64,000 nt of DNA from Bdellovibrionales bacterium (GCA_965203275.1 OZ241865.1:1568001-1632000); one strand, 5' to 3'; shown: positions 31,446 through 41,074, counted from the first letter of the stretch. Numbers and translations are program-made. Notes: generated by a model from the letters alone, not told the origin.

Positions 31446-31517
31446 AATTTCTACTGTTGTAGATTAGATAATGGTAAGCTATAAAAAGAGGCCTTTCCTT
31501 GGTGGCCTCTTTTTTTT
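31446..31517 (+). CRISPR. Solitary type V-A (Cas12a) crRNA-like unit 1: handle + 18-23-nt guide + terminator
   Basis: AATTTCTACTGTTGTAGAT (31446-31464), guide TAGATAATGGTAAGCTAT(AAAAA), then terminator. Confidence 0.8.
31483..31517 (+). terminator. Intrinsic terminator closing crRNA-like unit 1
   Basis: AAAAAGAGGCC-N10-GGCCTCTTTTTTTT. Confidence 0.88.
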
Positions 31518-31593
31518 AATAAATTAAGGAAAAAGTGCAATATTTAAGCCTTCCGTCGCTTATATATCTTTTAAAAAACCTCTTTTTAAAGGT

Positions 31594-31833
31594 CTATTTA
31601 AAAGTCATAAGTCCATGGCTATCTTGATCATTAATATTCTCATATTCTATTAACTTTTTTATAGTGTTAATATGGCCTCTCTCACAAGCATACATTAAGG
31701 CTGTCTTTTTCTTATCTTTACCTTCTATTGAATCCATTAAACTAGTCGCATCATTAAGTACTTGAAACATGGTTAATATATCCATTTGTTTGATTAAAAA
31801 ATTCATTTTACTGAAAATGTGGTGTTTGGTCAA
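31594..31833 (-). pseudogene. Ankyrin-repeat gene fragment
   Basis: Single repeat KTALMYACERGHINTIKKLIEY, then an early stop. Confidence 0.55.
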
Positions 31834-31862
31834 GGGATGATGCGGCCTGTTAAAAGTTTTTA

Positions 31863-31891
31863 TTGTTTTTTTTTTAAAAAAAAGCTATACT
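31863..31891 (+). promoter_or_regulatory. Sigma70 promoter for the TM/coiled-coil ORF
   Basis: TTGTTT-N17-TATACT. Confidence 0.55.
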
Positions 31892-31916
31892 AATACTTAT
31901 GAAAACGGAGGTTATT

Positions 31917-32228
31917 ATGGACATATCAGTAGATATTAAGTTGATAAAGGATTTTTTTATAAAACATCCTATATTTTCCGTTATTATATTCATTATTGTA
32001 GTGATGATATGGTTTTGTTCTTGGTCTTTGTATCGACAGCTATCTAATCATTTACCTACACAGATCACAGAGATTAAGGACGATATGAAAGAATTGAAAG
32101 AAGATATGAAAGATGGGTTTACAGAAGTTAATAGAGATATAAGAGAAGTTAATAGAGATATGAAAGATGGGTTTACAGAAGTTAATAGAGATATTAAACG
32201 TCTTCTTGAAAAGTCTAATCAAGAATGA
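31917..32228 (+). CDS. Small single-TM plus coiled-coil protein with internal repeats
   Basis: GGAGG-TTATT-ATG at 31917; TM IFSVIIFIIVVMIWFCSWSL; repeats MKDGFTEVNRD. Confidence 0.75.
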   Translation: MDISVDIKLIKDFFIKHPIFSVIIFIIVVMIWFCSWSLYRQLSNHLPTQITEIKDDMKELKEDMKDGFTEVNRDIREVNRDMKDGFTEVNRDIKRLLEKSNQE

Positions 32229-32234
32229 TATACT
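32206..32234 (+). promoter_or_regulatory. Sigma70 promoter for crRNA-like unit 2
   Basis: TTGAAA-N17-TATACT with extended TG at 32226-32227; +1 predicted at 32241. Confidence 0.75.
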
Positions 32235-32240
32235 ATAATT

Positions 32241-32331
32241 AATTTCTACTGTTGTAGATAAACTTTACTGTTAATCCTAGTATATTGTATTTAAAGCTAT
32301 AGGAGTTAAACTACCAACAAAGCCCTATAGC
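32241..32331 (+). CRISPR. Solitary type V-A (Cas12a) crRNA-like unit 2: handle + guide + hairpin
   Basis: AATTTCTACTGTTGTAGAT (32241-32259), guide AAACTTTACTGTTAATCCTAGTA..., hairpin GCTATAGG/CCTATAGC (32296-32331). Confidence 0.8.
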
Positions 32332-32400
32332 AAAAATGTCAATTTATATAAAAGAGTTTCTTTATTGCACAAACCGCTTGCTCCTAAGGTAATAAAAACA

Positions 32401-32880
32401 CTTTTTCCTTAACATGCTACAGAGGAATGAAGAGATCCTCCCTACTCAAAGTGAACAGGCTTTCTAGGCGATGACCATTTTATCGACGTGAAGTAAACAT
32501 CTTGTTTCCTTAACATGGTGTTAAGAAAAGAGGAGATCCTCCTTACTAAAAATAAACGGATTTTTGAGGCAATCAGCCTTTGATCGACGGCGATAAGCCG
32601 TCGGGCTAACTGCCATTAGAAGGATATTTTCCTTAACATGGTGTTAAGAAACGAAGATATCCTCCCCTACTCAAAATGCATAATTTTTTGAGGCAATGAC
32701 CATTTTGCCAATGGTGAAAGCCATTGCGGTCATTGCCCAAAAACATGCCAGAGGCATGATGCATTTTGAGTGAAAAAGACAGCTAGTTCAATTTTAGGGA
32801 AACAGAGGCTGGTTTATTTTTAGTGAGACAAACGTGGTCATCGCCAGAAAGTGACCAGAGGTCAGTTCACTTTGAGTGAA
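32401..32880 (+). mobile_element. Three nested structured elements
   Basis: Outer copy split into 32401-32488 and 32836-32880; middle copy into 32505-32614 and ~32802-32826; intact inner copy at 32627-32774. Confidence 0.8.
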
Positions 32881-32993
32881 ACAACATAGATTGTCCAAAA
32901 TTCTGCCACAAAACAAAAAACCTAGTGGCACAAAATCTCTTTCGACTCATAACCTACTGCTCAACTTTATTTTTGCAGGCTATCAAACTCAGG

Positions 32994-33857
32994 TTAATAT
33001 CTTGGAGTGAAAAGCGTCAAAGGCTCTCCTAGTGGCTTAAATAAAACTTCATCACCAGAGAGAAAAAATGGACCTTCATCTTTTTCTATACGGCTTTGTA
33101 TGGATTTGAGATTGTCTTCATCTTTAGGATGTAATAAAAATTGTGTTTTTTGATAACGTAAGTCAAAAGATTCGTTGTGTTCTTGTTTATCAAAGAATCT
33201 CCTCCATGCCACGTGATCAATTAAGCATTTGTAAGTGACAGAATGAGAGTGATCATGTGAAGCATTATATGTAGCAATTAATTCAAAATCTCCAAAATTA
33301 GTATGAAGTTTAAGGGCGTTAGAATGCCATTGAGTAACTCCATAAAGTGATTGAATATTAGCATACCATAAACCAAAAGCCTTACTTAAAAATCCAAGAC
33401 CTTTAAAACGTTTATCCGAAGGTAAAAGACCATTGAGTGAGCAAAGATTATGGGCAACCCATTGCCCTGTATCCATAGATGGAATGACAATAAAAAGAGA
33501 TAAAGGAACCCATTTTTCATGGGAGTGTTCATTTTTATAGAGATTGTGGATTTCTTTAGGCAATTTGTCTCTTTTCATTACAAATCCAGTGATTATTCCT
33601 GGCATAATTCCACAATCATAAAAAGCCCATCGAGGCGTAGAAAGCCTTCCAAACATAATAGAATCTACTTTCATTTGCAACTCTATAAAACCTGCATTTT
33701 TTAAAAGCAAAGGATTGATCACCTTAGGCTTGCGATGAAACCAATCAAAACTTTGCTGTGAAAAATTGCCTTCAATGCTTTTATGGTTTTCCGGTCGGAT
33801 GCAAATATAAGGTAAAATATCAGGATGATCTAGCCAATCAGGCTTTAGTGTATTCAT
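32994..33857 (-). CDS. Hypothetical protein
   Basis: 287-aa ORF with AAGGAG RBS; motif PRWAFYDCGIMPG; FKGLGFLSKAFGL is weakly GNAT-like. Confidence 0.75.
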   Translation of the reverse strand: MNTLKPDWLDHPDILPYICIRPENHKSIEGNFSQQSFDWFHRKPKVINPLLLKNAGFIELQMKVDSIMFGRLSTPRWAFYDCGIMPGIITGFVMKRDKLPKEIHNLYKNEHSHEKWVPLSLFIVIPSMDTGQWVAHNLCSLNGLLPSDKRFKGLGFLSKAFGLWYANIQSLYGVTQWHSNALKLHTNFGDFELIATYNASHDHSHSVTYKCLIDHVAWRRFFDKQEHNESFDLRYQKTQFLLHPKDEDNLKSIQSRIEKDEGPFFLSGDEVLFKPLGEPLTLFTPRY

Positions 33858-33970
33858 TAAGCTCCTTTTCTATTTAATTATAACAAAATTGTTTTTGAAA
33901 TAAAACGTTTTTCTCTTGAATAAATCATGCTGGTTTTAAAAGACCTATTGAGAGTAGAACAAATATAGAC

Positions 33971-34864
33971 TTAAAGAGTTTTTTGGACAGAAAACAAAAC
34001 GGCAGGGGCATTGCTTAAACCAATATAATACCTAGGCTCTATATTCAGAATTAGAGAGTTAAAATGTATTCCAAAGTGAAAAGACACAATAGCACCAAAA
34101 CCTATTTTAGATAATGGTTGAGAGCCGTCCTCCTTTGATAACCTTAAGTAATTCACAGTAGGCCCTAGGCCAATAAATAGAAAGCCGTTATTTTTCATCA
34201 GAGCATCTAAAAAGATCAAAAGTTGAGGTTCTACAAAAACAGCAATGTTGTTTTGGTACCCGTTAGGAGCTGTAAGAGTAAAGTGGGTTGTAACATCCCA
34301 TATCTGACGCTTTAAAAACATTTGAGAAGAAAAATTAAACTTCAAACCATAGGTCAAAAAACCACCTGTAATACTGTTAGAATCTTCAAAGCTTATTTCT
34401 TTGCGATTTTTAATATAGTTTTGATTGAAAACATAGCTTGCCATAATGCCAGCTCTCGATCTGCTCGCTAGACTTTTGTCGACAGAAGGCCTCTCGCCTT
34501 TTTTAGGTGGCTTTTTTTGATCTTCTTGTGTGTTTTCTTTCTCTTGGCCATTATTGCTAGATAAAGACCTATTAAGCGGTGAAGAAGGATTTGCTCCTTG
34601 AACTTTTACATCTATATCGGAGATATATCCGATACGTTTTTGAAAAATCACACGATAAAAAGGCCCAATGGTTTTATCAGAAATTCTTATCTTTTGTCCA
34701 CTTCTGAAATAACCTAAAACACGGCTATCAAAGTTAGCACTGCTATAGACGATAGCCCCATCTGTCGCTACAGTTGCATCTTGTGCAGCTTTGGATTCTG
34801 TCCAAAGTCCTAAGACACAAAAAAACATTAAATTTGCCCATAATGTAAAATACCTGTTGAACAT
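33971..34864 (-). CDS. Exported protein with SH3b-like domain and C-terminal beta-barrel-like region
   Basis: Signal peptide; GAIVYSSANFDSRVLGYF...GYISDIDV; amphipathic strands at the C-terminus. Confidence 0.7.
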   Translation of the reverse strand: MFNRYFTLWANLMFFCVLGLWTESKAAQDATVATDGAIVYSSANFDSRVLGYFRSGQKIRISDKTIGPFYRVIFQKRIGYISDIDVKVQGANPSSPLNRSLSSNNGQEKENTQEDQKKPPKKGERPSVDKSLASRSRAGIMASYVFNQNYIKNRKEISFEDSNSITGGFLTYGLKFNFSSQMFLKRQIWDVTTHFTLTAPNGYQNNIAVFVEPQLLIFLDALMKNNGFLFIGLGPTVNYLRLSKEDGSQPLSKIGFGAIVSFHFGIHFNSLILNIEPRYYIGLSNAPAVLFSVQKTL

Positions 34865-35099
34865 AAAATAACCCTGCTGTCTTTGGAGCTAAAAATATAG
34901 ATGGAGCTATTGTGTAAAAACAAAAATCCATCTATTCGCACTGTGTATATATGTATAACTATGTCGCCTAAAAGAAAGCCTTCACACTATTATAACTTAA
35001 AATTTACTTAATGGTTAGACAGTTTGAGAATCCTCTACTTACGTTATTGACTCAAATAAAGACCTCTTAGGGTAAAAGAATCTTGCTATAGGCATTTAA

Positions 35100-36332
35100 T
35101 TGGTATATTTAGTTAAAATAATGCAAAACATTAGTTTAAAACAGCTTAAAAAAGCTCACATTAAGATCAATATTTCTCATTTGATTCATAATGCCAGACT
35201 ACTGAAAAAACGGCTTGGCAATGTGTTTTTTTGTCCTGTTGTTAAGGTTAATGCTTATGGACATGGACTTTCTCTTATTGTACAAGCACTTCAAAATGAA
35301 AACATAGATGCTTTTTGTGTCGCCTCTGTGGATGAAGCTGTACAATGCAGGTCTTTTCTCACAAAACCTATCCCCATCATTATTTTTACTGCTGACTACA
35401 CCTCTTATGAGATACAAGCTTGCTTAGATTACAATCTCACCCCGGTGATTGGTCAAATGACTGATTTGATTAGATTTCAATCTGCCTCTTTTAAATTAAA
35501 TATCCACTTAAAGTTTGATACAGGCTTGCATTGTCATGGTTTTTCCATTGATGAAATGAGTACAATAAAAGAACAACTTGCTCAAAGCCCTTACCTTAAT
35601 TTAACAGGTGTGGCCACTCATTTAGCAAAGGCATACGATGCAGGACTTAAGGATGGATATAGCTTTATACAGCAAAAACAATTTATCCAAATACAAAAAT
35701 TATTTGGACCTCAAAATTATCATTATCAGAACAGTGCATGTATTTTACTTCAAAAAGATATTACTTGTGGAGGGCGACCTGGCATTGCCCTTTATGGAGT
35801 TTTGCCTTATACTCACAAACCTGTTTCTGTAGACTTAAGACCTGTGATGAGTTTTCAAACGCATTTGATCAATATCAGAAAGATTAAAAAAGGAGTTGCT
35901 GTTTCTTATGAACACCAATGGACAGCTAAGAGAGATTCTGTGATTGGCTTGATTCCCATAGGTTATGCAGATGGCTTAAGAAGAAACTTAACCAAAGAGA
36001 AAATTTATTTTTTGATAGAAGGTCAAAAGGTTCCTCAAATTGGAGTCATTCGCATGAACTGTTGTCTTGTGGATTTAACAGATATGCAAAGAGAAGTGAG
36101 CGTAGGGACAAGGGTAGTGATTTTTGGTGAAAGTTATGGAAAACATCTCACAGTTGAACAATTAGCTCGCAGGTCAAAATTAGCCCCTTATGAAATTTTA
36201 ACAGGACTTCGGTCAGATATAGAAAGAATTCCTATTTATGAGAAAGCAAAGCATATACACACAGTGAATCATTCACATTTAACAAAACAATCGTGCTTAC
36301 ATGACAAAACATATCCATCAGCTCTTTTATAG
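35100..36332 (+). CDS. alr: Alanine racemase
   Basis: VVKVNAYGHG (PLP Lys), HLKFDTG, RPGIALYG, PIGYADG, YEILTGL. Confidence 0.95.
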   Translation: MVYLVKIMQNISLKQLKKAHIKINISHLIHNARLLKKRLGNVFFCPVVKVNAYGHGLSLIVQALQNENIDAFCVASVDEAVQCRSFLTKPIPIIIFTADYTSYEIQACLDYNLTPVIGQMTDLIRFQSASFKLNIHLKFDTGLHCHGFSIDEMSTIKEQLAQSPYLNLTGVATHLAKAYDAGLKDGYSFIQQKQFIQIQKLFGPQNYHYQNSACILLQKDITCGGRPGIALYGVLPYTHKPVSVDLRPVMSFQTHLINIRKIKKGVAVSYEHQWTAKRDSVIGLIPIGYADGLRRNLTKEKIYFLIEGQKVPQIGVIRMNCCLVDLTDMQREVSVGTRVVIFGESYGKHLTVEQLARRSKLAPYEILTGLRSDIERIPIYEKAKHIHTVNHSHLTKQSCLHDKTYPSALL

Positions 36333-36340
36333 GATTTTAA

Positions 36341-37075
36341 ATGAGTCATCCACAAAAGCAAATTTTAAATGATATTTTAGATAAGGTGAAAAACCCTCAT
36401 CAGAATTCACAACCTTTGGCTATTTTTGATTTAGATGGCACTTTGATAGATGTACAAAATCGCATGTTAGAAATCTTTAAAGACTTTGCTCGCTTGCCTA
36501 GTGTGGCAAAGCAATTTCCTCAAGTTCCTTCAGTGATTTTAAATACATCTGTTTTGCCGTCTCGTAAATATTATATCGAAGATTACTTTGAAGACTTAAA
36601 ACTAGGGCATTTAGATGAAAGTTTTCATGCTAGTTTATTAAAGTTTTGGAAGAAATGCTTTTTTAGCAATGACTACTTAAAATATGACGTGCCTTTTCCT
36701 GGAGCCTTAGATTTTTTAGCAAAGCTCAAAAGTTATCATGTTAAGATTGTGTATTTAACAGGACGCGATGAAAAAAGAATGGGAGAAGGAACACGCAAGT
36801 ATCTTTTAGATAAGGGCTTCATGGATGGGAAACAAATCCAGTTAATTTTAAAACCTCATAAAGCTATGGACGATGCCCTTTTTAAAAAGAATGTCATTTT
36901 AAACTTTGATAAATATTATCACCCTATTTGGTTTTTTGATAACGAACCTTTTATTATTAACCCTGTGATCAAAGAGACCCCTCATATCAATGTGATTTTT
37001 TTTGAGAGTAGCCATTCTCGTAGAGATGCTCCTCCTGGACAGAAAGTACATCGCATCCAATCCTTTGAACACTAA
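36341..37075 (+). CDS. HAD-superfamily hydrolase
   Basis: IFDLDGTLID, YLTGR, FFDNEP. Confidence 0.88.
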   Translation: MSHPQKQILNDILDKVKNPHQNSQPLAIFDLDGTLIDVQNRMLEIFKDFARLPSVAKQFPQVPSVILNTSVLPSRKYYIEDYFEDLKLGHLDESFHASLLKFWKKCFFSNDYLKYDVPFPGALDFLAKLKSYHVKIVYLTGRDEKRMGEGTRKYLLDKGFMDGKQIQLILKPHKAMDDALFKKNVILNFDKYYHPIWFFDNEPFIINPVIKETPHINVIFFESSHSRRDAPPGQKVHRIQSFEH

Positions 37076-37280
37076 TAGAGATTATTAGTGGCCTTAAAAT
37101 AGAAAGAGCCATCACAAACTTTGCTAAATTTCTAAGCTATCTATTATTAAGTTAGGGCATATTTTGAAAAAACCAACTGGGAAAACAGAAAATGAAATAT
37201 CCATACGCTAAATAAGAAATACAAATAAAATAATTGACTTGATAGACATACAAAATTTAGAGTAAAAGAATAGAGAGGAC

Positions 37281-39020
37281 ATGACCATTATGAATGAAAA
37301 CAAAATATATACAATCTTAGCCTGTAGCCCCTGTAGCACTTATAGCCATAAAGAAGTTATACTGACCTTACTTAAAACAAAATCACTCTATTATAAAATC
37401 TCTCGGTTATTTTCTGTTCTAAATATCTATCAACAACAAAATCAAAAGATTTATTTATTAATGCCATTAACATTTTTAATGCTTGTATTTTTAGGGGGTA
37501 GTCTTAAAAATCATGCCATTGCATTTATTACTCCACAAGTGCAGGAACATCAAATATCAGTCGACCAAGAAACAATAACGAGTGACACACATCGAGATAT
37601 TGTTATGCATATTGCTGCTGATAGAGGTGATATTGATCAAGTAAGGCAACTGCTTGCCCAAGGCTTTAATCCAAATGATTTAAATATTAAAAATCAAACC
37701 CCTTTACATATAGCTGCTTATAGAGGGCATACTCATATTTTAGAAATTCTTTTAGATGCTGGAGCGGATATTAACCTTTCTGAGATCAGAGGCAATACAG
37801 CCCTTCATTATGTTGCTGGAAATTGCTACCCGACAGCTGTTGCAAAGCTTATTCAATCTCATGCTGATTTGAATCAAACAGATCATGTAGGTAGTACACC
37901 TTTTCATGTGGCTGCTGCTAGAGGTTGTACTGCGGTGGTTAAGATGTTCATAGATGCGGGTGTTGATGTTGATATAATCAATGATCAGCAATTTTATCGT
38001 ACGGCCTTGCATTATGCTGCTTATGGTTGTCATGTAGATACAGTTAAGACACTTATAGAATATGATGCAGATATTTATAAAACAGATCTTGTGGTTAATA
38101 ATCGAAATGTTGGCACAGCTTTGCATGTAGCCGCTGGCAGAAATTGTGTTGATGTTGTTAATATATTGATAGAGGCAGGTCTTCATCTGGATACACTCAA
38201 TAACTCTAGAAGTCGTGTTACCCCCTTACATCTTGCCGCTCAAAGTTGTCATATCAATACTTTTGAAGCACTGATCCGTGCTGGTGCAGATATGTATGCA
38301 AAAGACTTTCTTGGAAACACAGTTCTTTTCTTTGCTGTTGATAGAGGTTGCGGTAATATTGTCAATATGCTTATAGACAAAGGCTTTGATATCAATGCAC
38401 CTAATAATAATAACAATGTACCACTCCACTATGTTGCTACTAACTGTCAGGTTGACGTTGCTAAAATATTAATAGCATCAGGTGCAGATATGTATGTACC
38501 GGATAATATGGGCAATATAGCTATTCATCATACAGCAATAAATGATTGTGTTGAGTTGACAAAACTTTTTATTGAGAATGGCGTTGATCCTAATTATGTC
38601 AACAATCACAGGGAGACTCTTTTGATACATACAGCTACTGAGAATGCTGTAAAAATTGCAAGTTATTTAATAAATATAAAAACATCATTAGATATACAAA
38701 ATGTGAATGATAATACAGCTTTGCATATAGCTACTTATCATGGTCACTCTTTAATCGTCCGTTTATTATTGAGTGTATCTGCTAATTTTATGCTGAGAAA
38801 CAGAGATGGAAATACTCCCTTACATCTTGCTGCCTCTGGTGGCTACAAGGCTTCCTTAGGAGATCAAGACTTGATCAATTACCAGGATATTATTTATGAT
38901 CTATTAAACGCTGGTGCTGTAATGCAGTGGAACAATAGAGGAATAACACCTATTGACATGTTACACATTCAATTACGTGGTACTCAATTGGCACATGAGT
39001 TAGCAGTGGCTTGGTTTTAA
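37281..39020 (+). CDS. Large ankyrin-repeat protein, probably exported
   Basis: About 13 ankyrin repeats (TPLH.AA..G/C); hydrophobic leader MPLTFLMLVFLGG suggests a later start near 37461. Confidence 0.92.
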   Translation: MTIMNENKIYTILACSPCSTYSHKEVILTLLKTKSLYYKISRLFSVLNIYQQQNQKIYLLMPLTFLMLVFLGGSLKNHAIAFITPQVQEHQISVDQETITSDTHRDIVMHIAADRGDIDQVRQLLAQGFNPNDLNIKNQTPLHIAAYRGHTHILEILLDAGADINLSEIRGNTALHYVAGNCYPTAVAKLIQSHADLNQTDHVGSTPFHVAAARGCTAVVKMFIDAGVDVDIINDQQFYRTALHYAAYGCHVDTVKTLIEYDADIYKTDLVVNNRNVGTALHVAAGRNCVDVVNILIEAGLHLDTLNNSRSRVTPLHLAAQSCHINTFEALIRAGADMYAKDFLGNTVLFFAVDRGCGNIVNMLIDKGFDINAPNNNNNVPLHYVATNCQVDVAKILIASGADMYVPDNMGNIAIHHTAINDCVELTKLFIENGVDPNYVNNHRETLLIHTATENAVKIASYLINIKTSLDIQNVNDNTALHIATYHGHSLIVRLLLSVSANFMLRNRDGNTPLHLAASGGYKASLGDQDLINYQDIIYDLLNAGAVMQWNNRGITPIDMLHIQLRGTQLAHELAVAWF

Positions 39021-39100
39021 TGAATCTTATAAACTTTTTAAAAGGGTAGTGTAATAAAAAAACAAATATAAAGAAAAGCAAAAGCACAAAAGGACCCACC

Positions 39101-40078
39101 TTGTATCATATTTTAAGTGCTAGTCAATTTGATCTTCCTACTTTGAAATACATTTATAGACTGACAAATCATATTCGTCGATTTGATAAATGTAAAGAAG
39201 GCTTAATGTATTTGAGAGGATTATTGAGAGAAAAGCGTGCTATGTTATATTTTACGCAGGTGTCTACACGTACATTTTTGTCTTTTCAGTCGGCATGTCA
39301 CGTGTTAGGTATACAAACTTTAGAGATTAGAGACCCTACGACAAGCTCTGAAATGAAAGGTGAGAGTACATTAGACTCTTTGAGGACCTTTTCAAGTTAT
39401 GCAGACCTTATGATCATTCGATCTGTTATCCCTAAATTGAGCGAAGATATTGCTAAACATCTTGATCAAACTCCTAGACGTGTCCCTATCATCAATGCAG
39501 GCAGTGGTCCTGATGAACATCCAACACAAGCTGTTTTAGATGTTTACACTTTGATGAGAAGTTTTAAAGGTAGCAACAACATCAATGGCAAGAGCATTTG
39601 TTTTGTAGGAGATCTCAAAAGAAGCCGAACAGTTCGTTCTTTGGTTCAGATGTTATGTTTATTTAAAGATGTAAAATTTATTTTCGTATCACCTCAAGCC
39701 TATCAAATTCAAGATGATATGTGTCAGTTATTAACTTCGAAAGGATTAGAGTTTACTCAAACTCAATGTTTTGAAGATGCTGTTTCCCAAGCAGATGCTA
39801 TTTACATAACACGCATTCAGTCAGAATATGGAGAGGATGAAAAGTGTGATCCGCCTATTGAAAAATTCTTCTTTAAGGCAGAACATCTCAAGTTAATCAG
39901 TGATGAATGTGTGATTATGCATCCCTTGCCACGTTGTCAAGAGTTAGATACAGCTGTGGATAGTGATCCTCGTGCTATGTATTGGCGACAAGAAAGAAAC
40001 GGCTTATGGACAAGAGCAGCTCTTATGACTATGATCTTAGGTGTGGATAACAAAATTGTTCTACCAGAACTTCAATAG
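39101..40078 (+). CDS. pyrB: Aspartate carbamoyltransferase catalytic subunit
   Basis: STRTFLSF, KGESTLDS, INAGSGPDEHPTQA, GDLKRSRTVRS, MHPLPR. Confidence 0.95.
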   Translation: MYHILSASQFDLPTLKYIYRLTNHIRRFDKCKEGLMYLRGLLREKRAMLYFTQVSTRTFLSFQSACHVLGIQTLEIRDPTTSSEMKGESTLDSLRTFSSYADLMIIRSVIPKLSEDIAKHLDQTPRRVPIINAGSGPDEHPTQAVLDVYTLMRSFKGSNNINGKSICFVGDLKRSRTVRSLVQMLCLFKDVKFIFVSPQAYQIQDDMCQLLTSKGLEFTQTQCFEDAVSQADAIYITRIQSEYGEDEKCDPPIEKFFFKAEHLKLISDECVIMHPLPRCQELDTAVDSDPRAMYWRQERNGLWTRAALMTMILGVDNKIVLPELQ

Positions 40079-40122
40079 TTAAAAAAAGAGAGGTCCATAC
40101 GAATAAACAAAGATCAACAAAG

Positions 40123-40770
40123 TTGGATAATGGTCATATTATTCTAGCTAAAGACTTTTACTATCAATCCACTGAAGAAGTAGCTCGTCAGTTACTTGGC
40201 AAAACCTTAGTTTACCAAAATATAGCAAAACAAGTCTTCTCTGGCATTATTGTAGAGACAGAAGCTTATTTAGGGCTTAAGGATCCTGCTTGTCACTCAT
40301 TTAGAGGTAAAATCACCTCAAGAAATAAATATTTATATCAAGAGGGAGGATACACTTATGTTTATTTTATCTACGGCATGTATTACTGCATGAACTTTGT
40401 GACTAAAAGTAACAAAGAACCTGAAGCTGTTCTCATAAGGGCTATTGAACCTCAAAAGGGACTTGCTTATATGAGGCAAAACCGGAAACATTCTTTTAAG
40501 AAATCTCCAAAGAACAAAAAGCCTGAGACTTACTTGACATCAGGTCCAGGCAAGCTTTGTCAAGCATTTGGCTTTGATCTTACACATAATAAATTAAAAT
40601 TAACTCAAAACAAACCATATCCTGCTATTTATGTGCTAGATGCATCGACACTTTCCCTTCGACAAATAAGCAAAGTTCCTCGTATTGGTATTCAAAGCTA
40701 TGGAGAAGTAGCTTTATGGCCCTTAAGGTTTTACATTAAGGACAATCCTTTTGTATCGGCTCTTAAATAA
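40123..40770 (+). CDS. mpg: DNA-3-methyladenine glycosylase (MPG/AAG family)
   Basis: IVETEAYLG, YVYFIYGMYYCMN, AVLIRAIEP, SGPGKLCQA, PRIGI. Confidence 0.95.
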   Translation: MDNGHIILAKDFYYQSTEEVARQLLGKTLVYQNIAKQVFSGIIVETEAYLGLKDPACHSFRGKITSRNKYLYQEGGYTYVYFIYGMYYCMNFVTKSNKEPEAVLIRAIEPQKGLAYMRQNRKHSFKKSPKNKKPETYLTSGPGKLCQAFGFDLTHNKLKLTQNKPYPAIYVLDASTLSLRQISKVPRIGIQSYGEVALWPLRFYIKDNPFVSALK

Positions 40771-41025
40771 TTGGGCTTTTTATTGACTTGGAAGTAAGTG
40801 AGCTATTGTAAATATTTGGATAACTTTTTATGCTGAAGTTTTGTTTTAATTTTTAGACCTTGAAAAATGCAAATAAAGTATTGCTTTACATGTAAAGTTA
40901 AGGTTAAATCATTAAAGTTTATTTTTATTATATATAAAGTCAGAATTTAAAAAGCAAACATTCTGACAATGAAGCCAATAAAATCATTGAGTAAATAACA
41001 GAAAAACAATAACTCTCAACAAAGA

Positions 41026-41054
41026 GTGACCAGAGGTCAGTCACTTTGAGTGAA
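41026..41054 (+). repeat. 3' end fragment of the structured element just upstream of the hppA RBS
   Basis: GTGACC-AGA-GGTCA-GTCACTTTGAGTGAA. Confidence 0.8.
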
Positions 41055-41074
41055 AAAACTACAGGAGATACATT

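Noticed and set aside
31435..32259. Conventional CRISPR array
   Set aside because: Only two handle copies, 795 bp apart with genes between them, no full 36-nt repeat and no cas genes; reported as solitary units instead.
34108..34118. 11-nt match (TAGATAATGGT) to the 5' end of guide 1
   Set aside because: Preceded by ATTT rather than TTTV, lies mid-gene, and an 11-mer match is plausible by chance in 64 kb of AT-rich DNA.
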